Positions 57,304 to 64,000 of a stretch of DNA of 64,000 nt are shown piece after piece. The stretch's first letter is position 1. The number at the start of each line of letters is the position of its first letter. This DNA comes from Ascoidea asiatica JCM 7603 (Eukaryota; Fungi; Ascomycota). Under the pieces are notes generated by a model. That model did not search any database, was not told the origin of the DNA, and saw only the letters and a list, made by a program, of their open reading frames with translations. Both the position numbers and the translations under genes were made by a program. The stretch is taken from NCBI GenBank assembly GCA_001600695.1, contig BCKQ01000011.1, positions 287,678-351,677 on the forward strand, in the 5' to 3' direction.

Positions 57304-59148
57304 ATGTTAGAATCTGTAGTTTGGGCAATTTTTTTCTTAATTTGGGCTTTTGTTCATAGAGAAAATAAAGTTATTCAATCTCATGAAAATATTATTGAAA
57401 ATGAAGCTTTAAGTGAAAAAAATTTAAAATTAAATGAAAAAAATTTAAAAATTATAAATCTTGAAAAAAATTTAAATGAAATTTCAATAAATTTAAATAA
57501 TTCTAATGAAAAAATAATTGATTTAAATAATCAAATTAAAGATTTAAAAAATTTTAAAACTTTATATTTTGAATCAAAAGAAATTATAAATTCAAATCAA
57601 ATTTTAATTGAAAATTTAAATAATAAAATTTCTGAATTAAATTTAATTAATAATGACTTTAAAAATTTAAATATAAATAATAATGAAAAAATTTTAAATT
57701 TAAATAAATTAAATAAAAAATTAAATGAAAAATTAATTTCTTTAAAACATGAATTAAAATTATCTCATACAAATAATCCTTTATATCAAAAAATTTTAAT
57801 TGAAAATAATCAATTAAAAGATAAAAATGAAAGAATTAATAAAGATTCAATTTCAAATTTTGCAAAAATTCAATTATTAGTTAATGAAAATTCAAATTTA
57901 AGAAATAATTTAATTAAATTAAATTCAGAATTAAATTCAATTAAATTAAATACTTTAAATCAATCAAATGAATTTAATAATAAATTATCTTTATTGAATG
58001 AAAAATTATTTAAAGATTCAAATGATTTATATCATACAATTTTAGCAAAAAATTCAATTTCTTTAAATAATTCTAATTTAAATTCTTCAAATAATATTAC
58101 TAAAGATTCATTAATTGAATTAAAAAATGAAAATGATCAGAAATCATATGAAATTAATTATTTAAAAGATAAATTTAAGTATTCTTTAACTAAAAAAAAT
58201 GATGAAATTAAATCTTTACAAAATTTAGTTGATGCTTTGAAAGATGAACTTATAGTTAAAGATAGTAAAAATCTTTTACCTGAAAAACCAATTCATACTC
58301 CATATGCTAGAATTGAAGCTGAAAAACAACAAGAATTAAATGAAGAAGATGACGAAGAAGATGAAGAATCAACTGATGATGATGAGGATGAAACAGAAAG
58401 TGAATCAGAAGTTGAAGAAGAACCAAAAGTTGAAACTGAAAAAGGAATTTCAAAAGAGGTTGAAAATAAAGATGTACAAAATGAAAATGAAAATGAAATT
58501 GAAATAGAAACTGGAATTGAAAAACCAAAAGAATTTAAAGAAATTAAAACTGAATCAAAAGATATTTCTCCTGCAAAAATTGAAACTCCAGTTATAGTTG
58601 AACCAATTGAAAAATCCATCAAGGAAGAAGTTAAACCTGCAATAACCGAAAATGTTAAAGAAGTTAAAGAAGAAAAAAATATCAAAGAAGTTAAGGAAGT
58701 TAAAATTAAAGAACCTGAAGAAATCAAAGAAACTAAACCAATAATTGCACCAAAGGTTGAATCAAAAGAAAATTTAATTTCTTCAACACCATCAACTCCA
58801 AATAAATCAATTATTTCTAAACTTAATAATAAAGTAAGTTCTGAATTAACAAGAGATTCTTTATCATCAAAATCTTTAAGTCAAAAAATCAGTAGTGGAA
58901 GTAATTCAACACCATCTACTATAAGTTCTCCATCAACAGCAAATAAAAAAACTGTTAATAGTACTAATGGATCAAATAAAGCTTCAAATTCCAACCATAG
59001 AAGTAGTAAAATTGCAGATAGAATAAATCAATTTCAATTAAATCATAATAATTCAAGTAAAAAAAGTTTTAATGAATCAAGTAGTCCAAAAATTGAAAAA
59101 GTTAAAGCATTTGGTTTATTTGGTAGAAAAAATACTAATCATTTTTAA
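57304..59148 (+). CDS. Orphan protein: N-terminal hydrophobic anchor, long coiled coil, acidic/KE-rich and Ser-rich tail
   Basis: 614-aa ORF with typical AT3 codon usage; MLESVVWAIFFLIWAFVH hydrophobic start and heptad-like L/N/K pattern. Family not recognised. Confidence 0.8.
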   Translation: MLESVVWAIFFLIWAFVHRENKVIQSHENIIENEALSEKNLKLNEKNLKIINLEKNLNEISINLNNSNEKIIDLNNQIKDLKNFKTLYFESKEIINSNQILIENLNNKISELNLINNDFKNLNINNNEKILNLNKLNKKLNEKLISLKHELKLSHTNNPLYQKILIENNQLKDKNERINKDSISNFAKIQLLVNENSNLRNNLIKLNSELNSIKLNTLNQSNEFNNKLSLLNEKLFKDSNDLYHTILAKNSISLNNSNLNSSNNITKDSLIELKNENDQKSYEINYLKDKFKYSLTKKNDEIKSLQNLVDALKDELIVKDSKNLLPEKPIHTPYARIEAEKQQELNEEDDEEDEESTDDDEDETESESEVEEEPKVETEKGISKEVENKDVQNENENEIEIETGIEKPKEFKEIKTESKDISPAKIETPVIVEPIEKSIKEEVKPAITENVKEVKEEKNIKEVKEVKIKEPEEIKETKPIIAPKVESKENLISSTPSTPNKSIISKLNNKVSSELTRDSLSSKSLSQKISSGSNSTPSTISSPSTANKKTVNSTNGSNKASNSNHRSSKIADRINQFQLNHNNSSKKSFNESSSPKIEKVKAFGLFGRKNTNHF

Positions 59149-60024
59149 GTTTGATTAATTTTTATATTTTTATATTTTTATTAATCAATTTAAATATATT
59201 TGTTTTGCCTCAATTCTGATTTCTTTTGTTATGTTAACTGGTTTCGGGTTGCTCTGTCTGCTTTAATTATTATTACTATTACTATTATTGTTATTATTGT
59301 TTTTATTTTGTCATTGTTACGAAAATTCAATTGTCTCTAACTTTTTTTTTTCTGTTTACATTTTCTTTTTTTTGTTGAAAATAACTTGATAATTTCTTTA
59401 TTTGACATTAACTGGACTAATTTTTAATTTAGTCTTTGTGTTTCTTACTATCATTTTCAAATATCTTTAAACTTATTTTTATCATCTCTTAAATCTATCT
59501 CTATTTATAATTCTTTGTTTTCCCTATCTGTTGTTTTTGTTGCTCATTAATTAAGAAATTTCTCCCTCACTTCTTTTATATTAAACTAATAGTTTTCAAA
59601 TCTTTTAAATATAACTTTTATCTATTTTTTTCTCTCATTTCTTCTCAATCTTGGGTTCGGTAAATCCAATACGTTCCTAGTCATTCTCTAATTACATCAC
59701 AAATCAATCTTTTCCAAAATGAAATGCTCATTTGCTTTCTCTTTTACTTCTTTTTGAAGAAAAGTTAATAACATTTCCCAACTTCCCTGAAATATGAAAT
59801 ATGAAATATAAAAATTAAAAACCAAAAACTGCTGGTATATGCATATTCCTGCGTATACACACAATTATAAATATATTAGCAGGATTCCGCGTCGAAACAC
59901 GTCACACATTAACCTGCATATAAACACAGCAACTTGCACCAAACAGCGTTTCCGCCAAAATCCACCGGTGTGGGTCTCCACTTCTCGCCCACGCTATTTC
60001 GCAAGCAATAAAATTATAACGTTA

Positions 60025-60035
60025 ACCTCCACGGT
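60025..60035 (+). promoter_or_regulatory. Zap1-like zinc-responsive element upstream of ZRG17
   Basis: ACCTCCACGGT is one mismatch from the ZRE consensus ACCYYNAAGGT. ZRG17 is a Zap1 target in S. cerevisiae. Confidence 0.45.
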
Positions 60036-60363
60036 ATAAAGCAAAGCAAGCAAATACTTCGCTGTGTACTGAGTGAGAGGAATAAACACTGTATTTATTG
60101 TTATGTGTTATTTTAACGATAGAAGTTTCATACATTGATGTAAAAATAGGTGAAGATTCAAATCTATTTGCAAGGACTTAACATTTATTCTTTCATTTTT
60201 AATTAAATTTTTCATTTCTTTTTTTATTTAAATTATAATTATTCAATTCTCTTCAATTCAATTCATATCCCAAGTTTTTTTTTCCAATTTGATTCGATAA
60301 TTTTTTTTTTCACTTTTTTCTCTTTGTTTTTCTTCGCTGTTTTTATTTCAAAAGATTACAAAA

Positions 60364-62832
60364 ATGTCATTTTCAGCAAATAATAATAATTCATCTAATG
60401 GTTCTCCAAATACTAATAATCAAATATATTATTTTCCTCAAAGGCAAAATTCAACTTCAAGTAATTTATCAACACCTACTAAGAATTCTAATTTGCCAAT
60501 TATTAATATAGATAATAGTCCAACAATTGAGACTAAAATTATAAGTCCAAAAGATAATAATTCATTTCCAAATGGTATACTTCCAAATATTTCTAATCAA
60601 AATAGAAAATTGAGAACAAAATATAGTTCTCCGGAATTATTAAGTAAGAATTTCACATTTGGTAATGATAATAGTAATATTAGTCTTACTTCTAGTAAAA
60701 TTAATGATATTCATGATAATCTGGAAAAAACAGAAATAAATGATAATGTTCCAGATTTAGTTTTTCCAAATAGAAGAAGAAATAGACCAAAATCTATGTA
60801 TAATATTTTAGATTTACATTTACCAGGTCCAAATGAAATTAGTAATGAAGATAATAGTAGTATTAATTATGGAACTGGAACTGGTTTATTAGAAAAAATC
60901 GCAGGTTCACCAACTTCTCCATTTACTCCAATGAATCAAACTTATAATAATAAAGCTGGTAATAGATCTTCAATTTATTCTTTAAGTTCATTAAAATATA
61001 TTCCACCTCCTCCTTCTTTACCAATATCTTCAGGTTCAAGAAATTCATCTCCAATTAATTCAAGACCAAGTTCTCCAATTAGAATATCTCATAATTCTCC
61101 AAAAAATAATAGTAATAGTAGTTTAAATATAATTTCAGGTTCTCCTTCAAAAAATAATCAAGATTATAGTCCATTTAATTTTCAATCTAAAAATGTTGTA
61201 TTAAATAATAATAGCCCAATTAATAATAATAATAATAATAACCTTAGTGTTAATAATATTAGTCCAAATAGTTCAAATTTTTTACAAAAACCATCATATA
61301 GAAAAGGTCATAGATATAAACATTCATCAGTTTCAATGAATTTTTTTCAAGAACCAAAAAAAAGAAAACCATTAAATATTCCGATATCTTTACCAATACC
61401 AAATTTTAAAGAGTTTATTGAAATTATGACAATTGATCAAAAAATTCGAGTTGGAATTACAATTTTACATATGATTTTAGCTGGAATTTGTTTTTTAATT
61501 GGATTTAAATTTAATTTACTTGATTTAACAATTTTATCACATTTAACATTTTATGATTCTGTTAATAATTTTTTATTCTCTTTAGTTGATATTTTTAAAA
61601 GTTTTGAAGTTTGGAATAAATCTTCAATAAAATTACCTTTTGGATTATCAAGATTAGAATTAATTGTTGGATTTGCATTAAGTATATCATTATGTTATAC
61701 TGGATTTGATTTATGTACACATTTATTAGAAGAATTTATTATTGGAATTATTTATGCAGATTTAAATCATAGTCATCATTCTCATGGATTTTCTGGAACT
61801 AATGAAGATAATAATAATAATAATAATAATGATTTTGATAATGAATTTTTAAATGATAACAAAAATGAAAATATTGAAAATAATTTAATTGAACTTGAAC
61901 ATGGTCATGAAAGTGGATTTAATGTTAATTGGTTTGGATATGAATTATTATTATTATTAATAATGTCATTAACAATTTTAAATTCAAAAGTTTTTGAAAA
62001 TAATTCAAATAATTTAAATGATATAAATAATATAAATGGTATAAATAAAAATAAAGAAAAAGATATTGATGAAGTTTTTAATATAAGTGATATTGAAGAT
62101 GATAGTGATAATAATAGTAGCAGCAATAATAATAATATTAATAATATTAATAATATGGGAAATGAAATAAATAAAAAACAGAAAAATAAAATTTTAATAA
62201 TTATTGAAAAATTTATTATAAATAATTTTAAAAGAATTGTTAAATTATCAATAAATTTAAATTTTATAAATAATCCAATAAAATTATTAATTTTAATTTA
62301 TTCAACATATTTAAGTTTTTATCCATATTTAATTAGAAGATTTGAAACATTTTTTAATTCAATTTCAACATTTCAAACAAGTTTAATTACAATTCTAATT
62401 TTATATTTTTCAACATCTTTAGTTAAAAAATTAGCATTACCATTATTATTATCATATCCAAATGAAAAAAGAAGATTTAAAAGTAATTATAATAATCTTA
62501 ATTATAATATTAATGATAAAAATAATAATAAAATTAATAAAAAAATTGAAAAAGATTCAGATAGTTTTAAAAATGATTTAGATGAAATTAAACTTTATAT
62601 AATTAATTCAGATAGGTTTAAAAATAATTATAAAATTGAAAAAATTTTAATATCTAAAATTAATTATGTTTTATGGATTATTTTAATAAAAATTCAAATG
62701 GAAGGAGCAAGTGATGAAGATGAAGTTTCTTTAAGATATGAAATCACTGATATTACTAAAAATGTTTTAAAAAATAGAGATAGTAATTATTTAAGTGATT
62801 TTGAAATAACTGTTGATATTGATAGATATTGA
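60364..62832 (+). CDS. ZRG17: ER zinc transporter Zrg17 (CDF family)
   Basis: S/P-rich N-terminus, SPFNFQS, YRKGHRYKHSSVSMNFFQEP..PLNIP.SLPIP, LSHLTFYD, SSIKLPFGLSRLE, His-rich loop, C-terminal EITVDIDR. Confidence 0.85.
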   Translation: MSFSANNNNSSNGSPNTNNQIYYFPQRQNSTSSNLSTPTKNSNLPIINIDNSPTIETKIISPKDNNSFPNGILPNISNQNRKLRTKYSSPELLSKNFTFGNDNSNISLTSSKINDIHDNLEKTEINDNVPDLVFPNRRRNRPKSMYNILDLHLPGPNEISNEDNSSINYGTGTGLLEKIAGSPTSPFTPMNQTYNNKAGNRSSIYSLSSLKYIPPPPSLPISSGSRNSSPINSRPSSPIRISHNSPKNNSNSSLNIISGSPSKNNQDYSPFNFQSKNVVLNNNSPINNNNNNNLSVNNISPNSSNFLQKPSYRKGHRYKHSSVSMNFFQEPKKRKPLNIPISLPIPNFKEFIEIMTIDQKIRVGITILHMILAGICFLIGFKFNLLDLTILSHLTFYDSVNNFLFSLVDIFKSFEVWNKSSIKLPFGLSRLELIVGFALSISLCYTGFDLCTHLLEEFIIGIIYADLNHSHHSHGFSGTNEDNNNNNNNDFDNEFLNDNKNENIENNLIELEHGHESGFNVNWFGYELLLLLIMSLTILNSKVFENNSNNLNDINNINGINKNKEKDIDEVFNISDIEDDSDNNSSSNNNNINNINNMGNEINKKQKNKILIIIEKFIINNFKRIVKLSINLNFINNPIKLLILIYSTYLSFYPYLIRRFETFFNSISTFQTSLITILILYFSTSLVKKLALPLLLSYPNEKRRFKSNYNNLNYNINDKNNNKINKKIEKDSDSFKNDLDEIKLYIINSDRFKNNYKIEKILISKINYVLWIILIKIQMEGASDEDEVSLRYEITDITKNVLKNRDSNYLSDFEITVDIDRY

Positions 62833-63129
62833 AAGACAATTTAAATTAATATAGATTTGATAGAATACTAAGAATTGATAATAATAATTCAATGAAACAT
62901 TTATTTTAATTTTTGAATAAATTGATATTCTGTATATTAAATAAAAGTAAAGTTTACCGAAAACTTTGGTAAATGCAGATATAAGCATTTACAGTATAAA
63001 AAGTCATTCTACGCATTGAAATGCAGATAAAAATTTAAACTTTAAATTGTAACCAGCTCTGTGGGTTTAATATATTTTTGTCCTAAATAATAAATGTCCC
63101 ACTTTTAATTTAAAATTGCACTAAATTTT

Positions 63130-63640
63130 TGGGTAGTCATGTGACTGATTACATAACCGTTGACATAATTTTTAAAAGCCGTTTTCGGTAGTTGCCGCGG
63201 CCCGTTTGCGGCTTAGACACGGCGCTGTCTTGAGGCTGATATTGGCTTGTTTGCATATCATACGCCACGTTCGCCACTGGCAACAGCCGAAAACGAGTCG
63301 GAACTTCCAAAAAAAGTGTTTGACGAAACGAGAAAAAAGCTGTGGAGGTGGAAGAAAAGAGCAAAAGATCAAAAGATCAGAAGAAGATGAAGTTCCACGA
63401 CATTTCTTTGGAATTCATAGCCTCGAAGAACCATTGTTTGTTGTTCAGAAGGTGTTCATGTTGCTCTGATCTTGTTCTGATTTTGTTTTGATCTTCTTCT
63501 GGTGTTTTTATTCTTGGTTCTGGTCGAGAAGTTGTCGATTGAAAACTAGTTGTGGTTGGCAGTGTGCTAAGCAAGTGACCTGGAAAACAAGGTCTGGCTT
63601 GATTGTGCTTATCTGACTGGCAAGATAAAGCATGTTTTAA
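63130..63640. promoter_or_regulatory. GC-rich island, probably the promoter of a gene beyond the window end
   Basis: GC-rich like the other promoter islands and followed by an AT-rich leader-type tract. GTCATGTGAC at 63136-63145 overlaps TGTGACTG. The ORFs here lack the local codon bias. Confidence 0.4.
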
Positions 63641-64000
63641 AAAAAGGATATAAACTAAGGAATTAAGCAATTAGACAATCTTCAAAGAGAATAAAAATAA
63701 TAAAAAGTGTATTAAGTTTTCAAAATAATCGATCAAGAGTGTTTTGTTTTACTTGAAAAAAAACTTCAATGGTTTAGTGTTTCTAATAAATAAACAGAAT
63801 ATGAAAAGAAAATTATAAATAACTGAAATATAATCATAGTCAAAATATCCATCAAATACATAAATAATTTAAAATATTTTAAAAATCATAAATCATAATT
63901 TGTAAATTATTCATTTCTCTTATCGAGTTTCTCTCATTTCATTTCTCAAAGTAAACTGATAAATAATAATCATAGTAATATAATAATAATATAACATCAT

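Noticed and set aside
5333-62126. Antisense and alternate-frame ORFs inside real genes (e.g. 7337, 7694, 9245, 14090, 18188, 20467-20948, 27038, 44548, 58293, 61905)
   Set aside because: Shadow ORFs produced by biased codon usage and repeats in the true CDS.
63149-63670. Four ORFs in the terminal GC-rich block
   Set aside because: No local codon bias or recognisable domain; the block resembles the other promoter islands.

Overview
Nuclear DNA from an extremely AT-rich budding yeast (Saccharomycotina). The composition and low-complexity N/K/I-rich proteins resemble Ascoidea-like lineages, but that assignment is inference only. About 24 protein-coding genes are supported: IDH2 (5' part), an ECM13-like gene, TEX1, CYC8, a GFD2/YDR514C-like DEDDh nuclease, an intron-containing SAM methyltransferase, a 2OG-Fe(II) oxygenase, CAF16, CIN4/ARL2, a Q/N-rich glycine-zipper protein, YME2, the divergent methylcitrate pair CIT3-PDH1, SKI3, PHO84, TKL1, TMA20, MIM1, a 1258-aa protein with a nuclease-like region and a C-terminal kinase, POM33, MCM7, GOT1, RPS26, an orphan coiled-coil protein and ZRG17. 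Five spliceosomal introns were reconstructed by hand, four of them repairing genes that the ORF track splits or misses. No tRNA, rRNA, CRISPR array or recognisable transposon was found. The most notable observations are: (1) the putative PD-(D/E)XK nuclease + kinase fusion, an architecture like Crinkler effectors and Spok meiotic drivers; (2) inverted base composition, with GC-rich islands marking promoters while CDSs are very AT-rich; (3) an RPS26 promoter carrying both Tbf1-like and Rap1-like sites; (4) a repeated CCGGAT motif in the bidirectional methylcitrate promoter; (5) rare CTG codons that test the genetic code; (6) a probable decayed gene at 33.3-35.2 kb; (7) pervasive 9-13 bp tandem duplications that write tripeptide repeats into proteins. 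All gene names come from recognising sequence motifs; no database search was run.
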